Source: Candidatus Aminicenantes bacterium (lineage in GTDB: Bacteria > Acidobacteriota > Aminicenantia > Aminicenantales > JAFGBC01). Taken from it: a DNA stretch of 64,000 bases. The stretch lies in the NCBI GenBank assembly GCA_963702005.1, contig OY969696.1:3424001-3488000 (forward strand), given 5' to 3'. Position numbers and translations under genes: made by a program. Every line of letters begins with the position of its first letter. Within the stretch, counting starts at the first letter, position 1. A model generated the notes under the pieces. It had not been told where the DNA came from and ran no database searches. It saw nothing but the letters and a program-made list of their open reading frames with translations. Positions 41,108 to 50,975 of this stretch are shown piece by piece.

Positions 41108-43180
41108 ATGAAAAAAAGCGCGGTTGTCTTTGGATTTCTGCTGTCAGCGGTCTTCATCGTTTCCATCAACGCCGGGACGAATCGACCAGCTCAGCTGACG
41201 CCCGATCCGGGTTTCGGATCGACGCCGCTCTACTTCGTCGCCAACCAAGGCCAGACGGATCGGGGGGTTCTTTATTATGCGACAACCCCCGGCCAGACGC
41301 TCTGGCTGACTCAGGGCGGCCTTGTCTTCAATCAAGGGATGGCTTGGCAGGGCGAGGGCGCGGCGCGCGCCGCCGTGACATTTCTGTTCAAGAACGCTTC
41401 CCCGAACGTCCAACTCTCGGCTGCGGACGAGGCGGACTATCGGGTCAGCTACTTTTACGGCCGGGATGAGTCCGAATGGAAGACGGATATCCCGACCTCC
41501 CGGGCCGTTCTCTATAAGAACCTCTACGACGGCGTCGACCTCAAGGTCTACGGCGTCGGAGGGGACCTCGAATATGATTGGGTCATCCGGCCCGGCGCCA
41601 ATCCCGGAGCCGTCCGTTTCGGCTATACGGGCGTGTCCGGAGCGCACATCGACAAACATGGAGACTTGATCGTCACCACCGCCCGGGGCGACTTGCGGCA
41701 CCGCAAGCCCGATGCCTACCAGATCCTCGATGGAAAAAAAGTCGACGTGGCCGCGTCGTTCAGGAGCCTCGGTGACGAGGAATACGGATTCGCGGTCAGC
41801 GCCTACGATCCCCGCCGCGAACTCGTCATCGATCCCTTGATCATCGTCTCTTCGACCTACCTGGGCGGGCATGCCGACGACTTCCTTCCCTCCATCGCCT
41901 ATGATGCGTCCGGCGCGGTTTATATCGCCGGCTTTACTGAAAGCACGGATTTTCCTCCCGTCAAGGTCAGCATGCCCCGGAATGATGCGTTCGTAACAAA
42001 ACTTTCCTCAGATGGACAAAGCCTGGTTTATTCTGCCTTCTTCCCGGCGTTTCTTTCCCAGTTTGGAGGCCTTGTTGGAGTCGCGGTAGACGGGAAGGGG
42101 TCCGCATATCTTGTCGGCCACACGAACAGCCGCAATTTCCCAGTCAAGAATGCTTTCCAGGAGACGAGGAAGGGACCCCGCGACGCCTTTTTCCTGAAGT
42201 TGACGCCCAACGGTAAGGGGCTGGTCTTTTCCTCTTATCTCGGAGGCTCAGAATCCGACTACTGTCCCCATGTTGCCGTGGACTCGACGGGTTCCTTCTA
42301 TCTGTCGGGCTATACCTACAGCTCCGACTTTCCGACCCGGAAGGCGTTGCAGAAGACCTTGAGTGGGACTGAGGATGTCTTCATCTCCAAGTTCGCGTCC
42401 GATGGGAAGAGCCTGATCTATTCCACCTTCCTGGGAGGCCACCAGACCGAATACAGTTCAGGGTTGGCCGTTGACGGCGAGGGAGCCGCTTATATCTGCG
42501 GCAACACGGAGAGCCCACAATTCCCCCTTAAAGACGCATTCCAAAAGAAGTACGGAGGAGGAGGAGAGGACGGTTTTATCACGAAGCTCTCCCCGAGCGG
42601 CGACTGGCTGATCTATTCAAGCTTCATCGGAGGATCCTCATACGATCTATGCTATGGGTTGGCCGTCGACAAGACGGGAGCCGTTTATCTCACGGGTGAT
42701 ACCTGGGGCTCCTTCCCGCTTAAGAACGCCCTCCAAAATACGCGGAAAGGAGGAATTGAAGGATGGATCGCAAAGGTCGCATTGGACGGCGAGAGCCTAA
42801 ATTATTCGACATACCTGGGAGGGACGAATACAGATATAGGCCGCAAGATAGCCGTGGACGATAATGGAGTTGCCTATGTGGTCGGGGAGACGGAAAGCCG
42901 GGGTTTTCCTGTTAAGGATGCCTTCCAAAAGACCCTCAAAGGAAGTAAGGACGGCTTTCTTGCCGTGGTGGCGCCGGATGGGAAGAGCCTTCGGCTTTCG
43001 ACCTTTCTGGGAGGTTCCTATCGAGAACGATGTGCCGATATCGCTCTAAGCGCGGACGGCGGAATCCTCATCACCGGAGACACGAACAGCCCTGACTTTC
43101 CGCTCACCAAACCCTATCAGAATAAGCTGGCGGGAGGCGATGACATCTTCGTCATGAAGCTCAAGCTGGGATCTGATTGA
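41108..43180 (+). CDS. SBBP repeat protein
   Basis: GGAGG RBS, signal peptide, PLYFVANQGQ N-domain, STYLGG repeats. Confidence 0.9.
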   Translation: MKKSAVVFGFLLSAVFIVSINAGTNRPAQLTPDPGFGSTPLYFVANQGQTDRGVLYYATTPGQTLWLTQGGLVFNQGMAWQGEGAARAAVTFLFKNASPNVQLSAADEADYRVSYFYGRDESEWKTDIPTSRAVLYKNLYDGVDLKVYGVGGDLEYDWVIRPGANPGAVRFGYTGVSGAHIDKHGDLIVTTARGDLRHRKPDAYQILDGKKVDVAASFRSLGDEEYGFAVSAYDPRRELVIDPLIIVSSTYLGGHADDFLPSIAYDASGAVYIAGFTESTDFPPVKVSMPRNDAFVTKLSSDGQSLVYSAFFPAFLSQFGGLVGVAVDGKGSAYLVGHTNSRNFPVKNAFQETRKGPRDAFFLKLTPNGKGLVFSSYLGGSESDYCPHVAVDSTGSFYLSGYTYSSDFPTRKALQKTLSGTEDVFISKFASDGKSLIYSTFLGGHQTEYSSGLAVDGEGAAYICGNTESPQFPLKDAFQKKYGGGGEDGFITKLSPSGDWLIYSSFIGGSSYDLCYGLAVDKTGAVYLTGDTWGSFPLKNALQNTRKGGIEGWIAKVALDGESLNYSTYLGGTNTDIGRKIAVDDNGVAYVVGETESRGFPVKDAFQKTLKGSKDGFLAVVAPDGKSLRLSTFLGGSYRERCADIALSADGGILITGDTNSPDFPLTKPYQNKLAGGDDIFVMKLKLGSD

Positions 43181-43215
43181 CGATTTTTCCTGGCAATCGA
43201 GGGAGGAGGTATTCT

Positions 43216-45285
43216 ATGAAAAGGGTATTTGTTTTTTCCGCACTGGCAATCATTCTCGGGCTTTCCTGCCGGCCCACGGCAGGAACCAGTTCCGGATCTC
43301 GTTTCCAGATCGCGGCCAATTTCGGCGCAACGCCGCTCTATTTTATCGCCAACCGTGGGCAAGCGGCGCCCGAGGCGCGATTCTACGCGAGAACGGGAGA
43401 ATATACGATCTGGCTGACCCAGGGCGGACTTGTCTTCGATCAAGGGGTAGCTGGAGCGGGCGCGGCGTGCGCCGCCGTGACATTCCTGTTCAAAAACGCT
43501 TCCCCGAACGTTCGCCTCTCGGCCGCCGACCCGTCGGACTACCGGGTCAGCTACTTTTACGGACGGGATGAGTCCGAATGGAAGACCGATATCCCAACCT
43601 CGCGGGCCGTTCTCTACAAGAACCTCTATGACGGCATCGACCTAAAGGTCTACGGTACGGACAAAAAGATCGAATACGATTGGATTGTCCGGCCCGGCGC
43701 CGATTCGAATCGCATCCGGTTCGCGTACGAAGGAGCGCAAAAAACGGATATCGACCGCGCGGGTGACCTCGTCGTGAAATCCGCTTCAGGGGAACTGCGG
43801 AACCGCATGCCGTCGGCCTACCAAGTCATCGACGGCAAGAGAGTGAATGTACGGGCGGCGTTCAAGAAAATCGGCCAGGATGAGTTCGGCTTCGCGGTCG
43901 GCGAATATAAGCCCCGATTCGACCTCGTCATCGATCCCATCATCTTCGTCTACTCGACCTACCTGGGCGGGCATGGGAACGACTTTTCATGCACTTTAGC
44001 CTTGGACACGACCGGGGCGGTTTATATCGCCGGCTATACCCAGAGCCAGGATTTCCCTCCCGTCGAGGTTAACAAGCCCAGAAGCGACGCCTACGTCACG
44101 AAGCTCGCGTCCGACGGCAAGAGCCTGATCTACTCCGCCTTCTTCCCCATGGTTCCCTTAGAGGAAGATGATTTGGTCGGACTGGCCGTGGACGCAAAGG
44201 GCTCGGCCTACCTGGTCGGCGGCACCAACAGCCGCAATTTCCCCGTCAAAAACGCCTTCCAGAAAACGATCGGGGGCGGGGGTTACGACGGATTTTTCCT
44301 GAAGCTGACTCCCAACGGCAAGGGCCTCGTCTTCTCCTCTTATCTCGGCGGCTCGGGAAACGAAAGCTGTACCGAGGCGGCCGTGGACGCATCCGGTTCC
44401 CTCTTCATCGGAGGCTGGACGACCAGCCGGAACTTTCCGATACGCAAGGCTTTCCAGCAGACATTGAAGGGCATTGCCGACCTATTCGTCGCCAAATTCG
44501 ATCCCGACGGAAAAAGCCTCGCCTATTCCACCTACTTGGGCGGAGACAAATACGAAGACCTGGCGGGCTTTTCCTTAGACGACAGCGGATCTGTCTATCT
44601 TACGGGCATGACGACGAGCACGGCGTTCCCGAACAAGAACGCGTTCCAGAAAAAGTTCGGAGGGGGCCCAACCGACGCCTTCATCCTGAAGCTCGCTTCG
44701 GAAGGAGATAAGCTCATCTATTCCAGCTACCTCGGCGGCTCCTCCAAGGACTACGCTCTTGGGCTGACCATAGATGGCAGCGGGGCCGCCTACGTCTCGG
44801 GCTACACGGAAGGCTCTTTTCCTCTCAAGAACGCTCTCCAGAAGACCCGGAAAGGCGGCGTCGATGGATTCGTGACCAAGGTTTCTCCGGACGGCAAGAG
44901 CCTGGCCTATTCGACCTACTTGGGAGGAGCCAGCTGGGATTTCGGCCGTGCCATCGCGGTCGACTCCGCCGGAAGAACCTATATCGCGGGAACAACAGCA
45001 AGCTACAACTTTCCCGTCAAGGATCCTTTCCAGAGCGTCCTCAAGGGAGGCCAAGACGGATTTCTATCCATCATCTCGCCGAGCGGAAAAAGCTTCGTCC
45101 TTTCGACATACCTGGGCGGATCATACTGGGATGATATTCATGGGATGGTGCTAAACGCGGACGGCGATATCATCATGACGGGAAACACGAACAGCCTCGA
45201 CTTTCCCCTCAGCAAGCCTTTTCAGAAGACTCTCGCCGGCAAAGACGACATCTTCGTCTCCAAACTCCGGTTGTCGGGAGATTAA
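43216..45285 (+). CDS. SBBP repeat protein (tandem paralog)
   Basis: GGAGG RBS, same architecture as the preceding gene with long near-identical peptide stretches. Confidence 0.9.
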   Translation: MKRVFVFSALAIILGLSCRPTAGTSSGSRFQIAANFGATPLYFIANRGQAAPEARFYARTGEYTIWLTQGGLVFDQGVAGAGAACAAVTFLFKNASPNVRLSAADPSDYRVSYFYGRDESEWKTDIPTSRAVLYKNLYDGIDLKVYGTDKKIEYDWIVRPGADSNRIRFAYEGAQKTDIDRAGDLVVKSASGELRNRMPSAYQVIDGKRVNVRAAFKKIGQDEFGFAVGEYKPRFDLVIDPIIFVYSTYLGGHGNDFSCTLALDTTGAVYIAGYTQSQDFPPVEVNKPRSDAYVTKLASDGKSLIYSAFFPMVPLEEDDLVGLAVDAKGSAYLVGGTNSRNFPVKNAFQKTIGGGGYDGFFLKLTPNGKGLVFSSYLGGSGNESCTEAAVDASGSLFIGGWTTSRNFPIRKAFQQTLKGIADLFVAKFDPDGKSLAYSTYLGGDKYEDLAGFSLDDSGSVYLTGMTTSTAFPNKNAFQKKFGGGPTDAFILKLASEGDKLIYSSYLGGSSKDYALGLTIDGSGAAYVSGYTEGSFPLKNALQKTRKGGVDGFVTKVSPDGKSLAYSTYLGGASWDFGRAIAVDSAGRTYIAGTTASYNFPVKDPFQSVLKGGQDGFLSIISPSGKSFVLSTYLGGSYWDDIHGMVLNADGDIIMTGNTNSLDFPLSKPFQKTLAGKDDIFVSKLRLSGD

Positions 45286-45289
45286 TGAA

Positions 45290-46777
45290 ATGAAAAAGCC
45301 GTTCAATCATGATCTCGCCATTCTTGCCGTCCTTGGCATTCTCATCTCTGCCGTCTCCGGACGTTGCGATGAGGGCTCTCGGATTGCGCCTGGTGTCGGC
45401 CCGACGCCGCTCTCCTTCGGCTCCGGCCGCGGCCAGAGCGGTCCCGGAATCGTCTTCTCAACCTACCTGGGAGGGCGCAGCGAGGATCGGGGATACCGGG
45501 TCGCGGTCGATCCAACCGGCGCCGTCTACGTCGCTGGCTTCACCCAGAGCCGGAACTTCCCGCCCCGGGAAGTCTATCTCCCCCGTCAGGATATCTTCGT
45601 CGCCAAGTTCTCGCCGGACGGCAAGACCTTGATTTACGCCGCCTTCTTCCCCGTCGAAACCTGGGAGAAGGATATGACCCTGGGCTTGGCCGTGGACGCC
45701 AAGGGCGCCGTTTATCTCGCGGGAACAACCTTCACCCGCTTTTTCCCGGTCAAAAACGCCGTTCAGGAGAAATTCGGCGGCCGCGGAGACGGCTTCGTCT
45801 TGAAACTGGCTCCCTCCGGAAAAGCCCTGGAGTATTCGACCTATCTGGGAGGAACGGGAGAGGATCGCTGTCTCGCCCTGGCCGTCGACGCCTGCGGAGC
45901 CGCCTATGTCGCGGGCCGGACGGAAAGCCGCGACTTCCCGACGAAGAGCGCGTTTCAGAAAACTCCGGGCGGGATGTCGGACGGCTTCGTCGCTAAAATC
46001 TCGTCCGATGGAAAAAGTCTCATCTATTCGACCTACCTCGGACATAATAAGGACGACCGCTGTGCCGGGTTAGCCGTCGACGCCTCCGGCGCCGCCGTCG
46101 TCGCCGGCTGGACGGACAGCCGCGGCTTCCCGCTCAAGCACGCGCTACAGGGCTATGGCGGCGGTCTGTCGGACGCCTTTGTGTCCAAGCTCGCGCCGAA
46201 CGGGAAAAGTCTCGTCTTTTCCTCCTTCCTGGGCGGGGGGGCCGAGGACAGGGCGACGGCCCTGGCCCTCGATCGGCAAGGATGCGCTTATATCGCCGGG
46301 ACGACCCGAGGCGACTTCCCCATCAAGGGCGGCGTCCAGGCGAATAAGAACAGCTGGGCCGACGGATTCGTCACCAAGCTTGCCGTCGACGGCCGGAGCA
46401 TCCTCTACTCCACTTACCTGGGCGGCGCCGGAGAGGAGGAAGTCGGCGATATCGCCGTGGATAGCGCCGGCGCGGCCTATGTCGTCGGCCGGACGGACGG
46501 CCCGGGATTCCCGGTCAAGGATGCTTTGAGCTCCAACCTCAAGGGCAATTTCGACGGTTACCTGGCCGTCCTCGGGCCGGGCGGCAAAGGCCTTCAATTC
46601 TCGACTTACCTGGGCGGGTTTCTGGAGGACGCCTGCTGGGGCGTCGCCCTCGGCAAGAACCGCGCCGTTTATCTGACCGGCCAGACGAACAGCCTCGACT
46701 TCCCCGTTAAATCCCCCTATCAGGAGAAGTACCGGAACGAACGGGACGGTTTCGTCATGAAGCTCGCTCAAAAATAG
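45290..46777 (+). CDS. SBBP repeat protein lacking most of the N-terminal domain
   Basis: Signal peptide; TPLSFGSGRGQ joined almost directly to IVFSTYLGG repeats. Confidence 0.88.
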   Translation: MKKPFNHDLAILAVLGILISAVSGRCDEGSRIAPGVGPTPLSFGSGRGQSGPGIVFSTYLGGRSEDRGYRVAVDPTGAVYVAGFTQSRNFPPREVYLPRQDIFVAKFSPDGKTLIYAAFFPVETWEKDMTLGLAVDAKGAVYLAGTTFTRFFPVKNAVQEKFGGRGDGFVLKLAPSGKALEYSTYLGGTGEDRCLALAVDACGAAYVAGRTESRDFPTKSAFQKTPGGMSDGFVAKISSDGKSLIYSTYLGHNKDDRCAGLAVDASGAAVVAGWTDSRGFPLKHALQGYGGGLSDAFVSKLAPNGKSLVFSSFLGGGAEDRATALALDRQGCAYIAGTTRGDFPIKGGVQANKNSWADGFVTKLAVDGRSILYSTYLGGAGEEEVGDIAVDSAGAAYVVGRTDGPGFPVKDALSSNLKGNFDGYLAVLGPGGKGLQFSTYLGGFLEDACWGVALGKNRAVYLTGQTNSLDFPVKSPYQEKYRNERDGFVMKLAQK

Positions 46778-47358
46778 AATATAAGCCCGACCCCGGAATT
46801 GGCCAACCCCCAGCTTTTAGACGTTCCGTCTGTCTTGGCCTTAGCCTCACGTTCGATGGTCTGATAAGTGTAGCCGAATCCGACTTCGCCGAATAAGGAG
46901 AAATGCTCATTGAGCGGGGTTTGGACGCCGAGGACGGCGCTTCCCTGCCAGATATTCCCCGAGCCGTTTCTCTCGATGTCCTTTTTCTTATCGACGGAGA
47001 GGTCCGACGTGTTCCGCGCATAATTGACGTTCAACCCCGAATAAGCCGAGAAATTCTCGGCCTTGAGGACGTAATAGTGAAGCCCCAGGCCGAAGCTCAG
47101 GTGCGTCGCGTTCTTCTCGGTCTTGACCTTGCGCGGCTCCCCGGGCAGTCGGGCCTCGGCTTCGCTATCGGTCTTGACGCTCGTCTGGACGAAGCCGATC
47201 GACGGACGCAGCGCCAATCGGCCCGAGATGTGATAGGTCAGGCCGATCCGGGGGGCCGGGTCGACCCGCAGGTTGAGGCCGAGCTTCCCGGCCTCCTGGG
47301 CGGCCGCCAAAGCGGCGATGAAAACGATCCCCGCCGTCATAGTCACGAGCTTTTTCAT
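46768..47358 (-). CDS. Outer-membrane beta-barrel protein
   Basis: AGGAGG RBS, signal peptide, alternating beta strands, C-terminal GLIFYF. Confidence 0.78.
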   Translation of the reverse strand: MKKLVTMTAGIVFIAALAAAQEAGKLGLNLRVDPAPRIGLTYHISGRLALRPSIGFVQTSVKTDSEAEARLPGEPRKVKTEKNATHLSFGLGLHYYVLKAENFSAYSGLNVNYARNTSDLSVDKKKDIERNGSGNIWQGSAVLGVQTPLNEHFSLFGEVGFGYTYQTIEREAKAKTDGTSKSWGLANSGVGLIFYF

Positions 47359-47546
47359 GGTTAGCCTCCTTATGCCTATTGGACAACCGGGCCGGCCGAT
47401 CCTTTGAGAATGCTTTTAAGGTCGCGGTTTCCCGCGACCGCGCGGCTCGATATTTTTCTGGGGCAGCCTTGACTTGGACGGCCGCTAATCCTATCGTTAT
47501 AACAGACCCAAGGGAAAAAACGCTTCCATAGGCATTCTAGGGAGGG

Positions 47547-48911
47547 ATGACAATGAAGAAGGGGTGGCCGGTTTTTCTGTTTCTGGCGATTCTCATCTGT
47601 CCGGGCCTGCTCAACGCTCAATGGGCCAGGGCTTATGGAGGGAAAGGAAACGAGGGGGCGGCCTGCGTCCAGCAGACGCCCGAGGGCGGGTTCATCGTCG
47701 TAGGCTGGATTGAGCGTCCGCTCCAAACCGAGTCCGTCCTCGCCGTCAAGCTCAGCTTCTCCGGGACCGTCCTATGGCAGAAATGCCTCGATATGTTGCC
47801 TAATTTGAGCTCCAGGGGTCATTTCGTCCAGACGACCCGCGACAACGGGTTTATTCTGACGGGAGAATCTTCATTGATGTGGAGGGATTTACTTGCCTGG
47901 AAGCTGGACACAAACGGCGGGACCCGATGGCAGACGCACATTATCGATCCCGACATGCATTATTATACTCATCAGTCCGGCCAAGCCGTCCAACAGACGA
48001 TCGACGGCGGATACATATTCACCGGATATCAAGAATACTTGGATTCTCAACATCAATCCCGAACCTATGATGACCTCCTCGTCTGTAAATCGGATTGTCT
48101 GGGCAAGAGAATTTGGGGCACCGTGTATGGAGGAGAGGGAATCGACCATGGTCATTCGATTCAGGTGACTCGCGACGGCGGATTCATCGTCGCCGGATGC
48201 ACGAGTTCCTTCGGCGCCGGCGATTATGACTTTTGGGTCTTGAAGCTCACGTCCGGAGGGCAACTGGAGTGGAGCTCAACCTTCGGAGGCCAGGACCTGG
48301 ACGAGGCTCATGAGATCCGGCAGACTTCGGACGGAGGCTATATCGTCATCGGAAACACCCTGTCTTTCGGCGCCGGATACTACGATATTTGGCTCTTGAA
48401 ACTCAACGGCTGGGGCCGGGTTCAATGGCAAAAAACCTACGGCGGCCCCAAGGCGGATTACGGGCATTCGATTTGTCAGACGGCGGACGGAGGTTTTATC
48501 GTCGCCGGGGAGACGGCATCGTTCGGATCGGGAGGAATCGACGCCTGGATACTCAAGCTGGATTCCCAGGGTTCGATCCAATGGGAAAAAACCTACGGCG
48601 GCGCCAAAGATGACAGCGTCTTCTCGGTAAGGCCGCTCCGAGGGAGCGGCTACGTCGCGGTCGGACAAACCAATTCCTTCGGGGCGGGCGGATTCGATAT
48701 CCTGGTCCTGAAACTGGGCCAAAACGGCAATATCGACGCCTCCTGCGGTTCATTCATCCGAAAGTCAAAAGCCACGGTCCTTCAAGGCAAGGGATCCGCC
48801 CAATGGGAAACCGGGGGGAACGCCCTGGGATCAGCGTCCGGCCTTTGGGCGTCTCCGACCATTCCCTCGACAGTAACCAAGGGAGGCAATACCGTCATCT
48901 GCAAGAAATAG
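47547..48911 (+). CDS. Secreted beta-propeller repeat protein (QTxDGGxIVxG repeats)
   Basis: Signal peptide; repeated W.KTYGG...QT.DGG.IVAG.T.SFG.G..D.W.LKL. Confidence 0.8.
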   Translation: MTMKKGWPVFLFLAILICPGLLNAQWARAYGGKGNEGAACVQQTPEGGFIVVGWIERPLQTESVLAVKLSFSGTVLWQKCLDMLPNLSSRGHFVQTTRDNGFILTGESSLMWRDLLAWKLDTNGGTRWQTHIIDPDMHYYTHQSGQAVQQTIDGGYIFTGYQEYLDSQHQSRTYDDLLVCKSDCLGKRIWGTVYGGEGIDHGHSIQVTRDGGFIVAGCTSSFGAGDYDFWVLKLTSGGQLEWSSTFGGQDLDEAHEIRQTSDGGYIVIGNTLSFGAGYYDIWLLKLNGWGRVQWQKTYGGPKADYGHSICQTADGGFIVAGETASFGSGGIDAWILKLDSQGSIQWEKTYGGAKDDSVFSVRPLRGSGYVAVGQTNSFGAGGFDILVLKLGQNGNIDASCGSFIRKSKATVLQGKGSAQWETGGNALGSASGLWASPTIPSTVTKGGNTVICKK

Positions 48912-48998
48912 CGGCCGGGGAAAATATCCCCGACAGGAACCAATCCAAGGGGGCGTCGTATAATATTTTAGGCTTTTTGGAATGGAGAGGAGTCGCCC

Positions 48999-50975
48999 AT
49001 GACCGTCAAGAGAGGCCTGATCTTAAGCGCCGGGTTACTGCTTCTCGTTTTCGCGCGAGGGGCCGCCGCGGCCGCCCAAGACAATGACATCAAGCCGCTG
49101 CTCGCCCAACTCGAGAAAGCGGGCGGGCTCAAGGAGCATCCCGACGCCAATGCCCTGGTCGTCTTCGAAGATTATCGTTCGGACTATGAAGAGGACGGCC
49201 GGTTCACGTCGCGGGAACACAGCCTGGTCAAAATTCTGACCGATAAAGGCCGCCAGGAATTTGCCACCCGGAAGGTCCCCTACCATAAGCGCTACAACAC
49301 GGTCAGTGTCCCCTTGGCCCGCGTCATCAAGAAGGACGGCCGGGTCGTCCCGGTCCCGCCCGAGTCGATCAAGGACGGCACGATGGCCGAGACCCAGCAG
49401 ATGAACATCCTCGAGGAGAACTTCCGGCGGTTGAACATCACGGTGCCCCAACTGGAGACGGGCGACGCGGTCGAGCTGATCATCGAGACCGTCTCCCAGC
49501 CCCTCATCAAGAACCATTACAACGACATCCTTGTCTTCCAGGGACTAGAGCCCATCCTGAGGAAGGAGGCCGTCATCAGCGGGCCCGCCTCGCGCCCCCT
49601 CCGCTTCGTCGTCAAGAACGGCCGACTGGACTTTACCAAGGCCGAAAAGAACGGACGCTCGATCTACGCTTGGAAGGCCGCCAACCTGCCCAAGATCGAC
49701 CTCGAGCCGGCCATGGTCCCGGTGACCGACGTTGCCCTCAAGGTCGTCGCCAGCACCTTCAAGGACTGGGAGGAGCTCTCCCGCTACGGCGCCGGCCTCA
49801 ACGTCGGGAAGACCGAGCCGAGCGAAGCCCTCCAAGCCAAGGTTCGGGAACTCACCCAAGGCTTGACTACGGACGAGGAGCGGATCATAGCCGTCTTCCG
49901 CTATGTCTCGCAGAAAATCCGCTACATGGGCTCGTCGATGGACCTGGGGGCCTTTATCGAACCCCACCCGGCCGCCTACACGTTCGAGAAGCAATACGGC
50001 GTCTGCCGGGACAAGTCCCTCCTGATGATGACCATGCTCAAAGAGATCGGCGTCAAGTCCTACGACACGATCATCAACGTCTCGGCCCGGACCGAGCCCG
50101 AGATCCCGGTCATCTTCTTCGAGCACGCCATCTGCGCCGTCGTCCTTAAGGACGGCCGGACCGTCTACATGGACCCGACCCTCGAGCTCAGCTCCGATTT
50201 CGGAGAGAGCTACGTGGGCGGCCGCTATCTCCTGAGCCTGGACGAGAAAGGCCGCGGCCTCGTCCGGGTGCCTCCGACGCCGGCCGAGCGAAGCCTGGGG
50301 CTCATCCACTCCGAGACGAAAGTTCTCGACGACGGCGGGATCGAGGGCCATGTCCGGATCACGGGGCGGGGATTCTACGACCTCGCCCTGCGCAGCGTTT
50401 CCAAACAGGTCCCGGCTTACCAGTTCCCGATGATCTGGCAGCAACTCGGCCAGCTCCTGACGCCCGGCCTCAAGGTCGAGAACGTCAAGCCGACCGATTT
50501 CGCCGACCTGGCCAAACCCTACGAGATCGGGTTCGACTTCAAGGCGGCTAGCTATGCCATCGACGCCGGCCGGCTTCGGATGCTCAAGGTTCCCTTCGCC
50601 TCGTTCGCCTTCGACATTATTTCGATCGGGATCTTCCAAGCCCTGACCGACCGCCCCGAACGAAAATATTCGATCTTCCTGTTTACGCCGCGCGGGTCGG
50701 TCCAGGAGGAGCGGATCGCGCTTCCCGCCGGCTGGTCGGTCAAAGCCGTCCCGGATCCGATCGAAGCACGCGAGGGGCCGGTCCGGCTCTCCCTGTCGGC
50801 GCGGGCCGAGGCCGGGGCGGTCGTTTTCCGGAGCGACTTCCGGATCGAAAAGTCGAGCCTCGACCCGGCCGATTACCAATCTCTGCGCAAAGTCGTCCGC
50901 AAGCTCAAGAGGTTCCAGAAAGGGCTCATCATCCTCGAAAGGGTTGAACCGGGCCCGTCGGGAGGTCTCCGATGA
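48999..50975 (+). CDS. DUF3857 + transglutaminase-like domain protein (intact Cys-His-Asp)
   Basis: Signal peptide; YGVCRDKS, FEHAI, YMDPT. Confidence 0.85.
   Translation: MTVKRGLILSAGLLLLVFARGAAAAAQDNDIKPLLAQLEKAGGLKEHPDANALVVFEDYRSDYEEDGRFTSREHSLVKILTDKGRQEFATRKVPYHKRYNTVSVPLARVIKKDGRVVPVPPESIKDGTMAETQQMNILEENFRRLNITVPQLETGDAVELIIETVSQPLIKNHYNDILVFQGLEPILRKEAVISGPASRPLRFVVKNGRLDFTKAEKNGRSIYAWKAANLPKIDLEPAMVPVTDVALKVVASTFKDWEELSRYGAGLNVGKTEPSEALQAKVRELTQGLTTDEERIIAVFRYVSQKIRYMGSSMDLGAFIEPHPAAYTFEKQYGVCRDKSLLMMTMLKEIGVKSYDTIINVSARTEPEIPVIFFEHAICAVVLKDGRTVYMDPTLELSSDFGESYVGGRYLLSLDEKGRGLVRVPPTPAERSLGLIHSETKVLDDGGIEGHVRITGRGFYDLALRSVSKQVPAYQFPMIWQQLGQLLTPGLKVENVKPTDFADLAKPYEIGFDFKAASYAIDAGRLRMLKVPFASFAFDIISIGIFQALTDRPERKYSIFLFTPRGSVQEERIALPAGWSVKAVPDPIEAREGPVRLSLSARAEAGAVVFRSDFRIEKSSLDPADYQSLRKVVRKLKRFQKGLIILERVEPGPSGGLR

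Noticed and set aside
35387-48911. CRISPR array or diversity-generating retroelement among the repeated sequences
   Set aside because: Repeats are degenerate protein-coding propeller blades. No identical spaced repeats, cas genes, reverse transcriptase or adenine-specific variant pair were seen.
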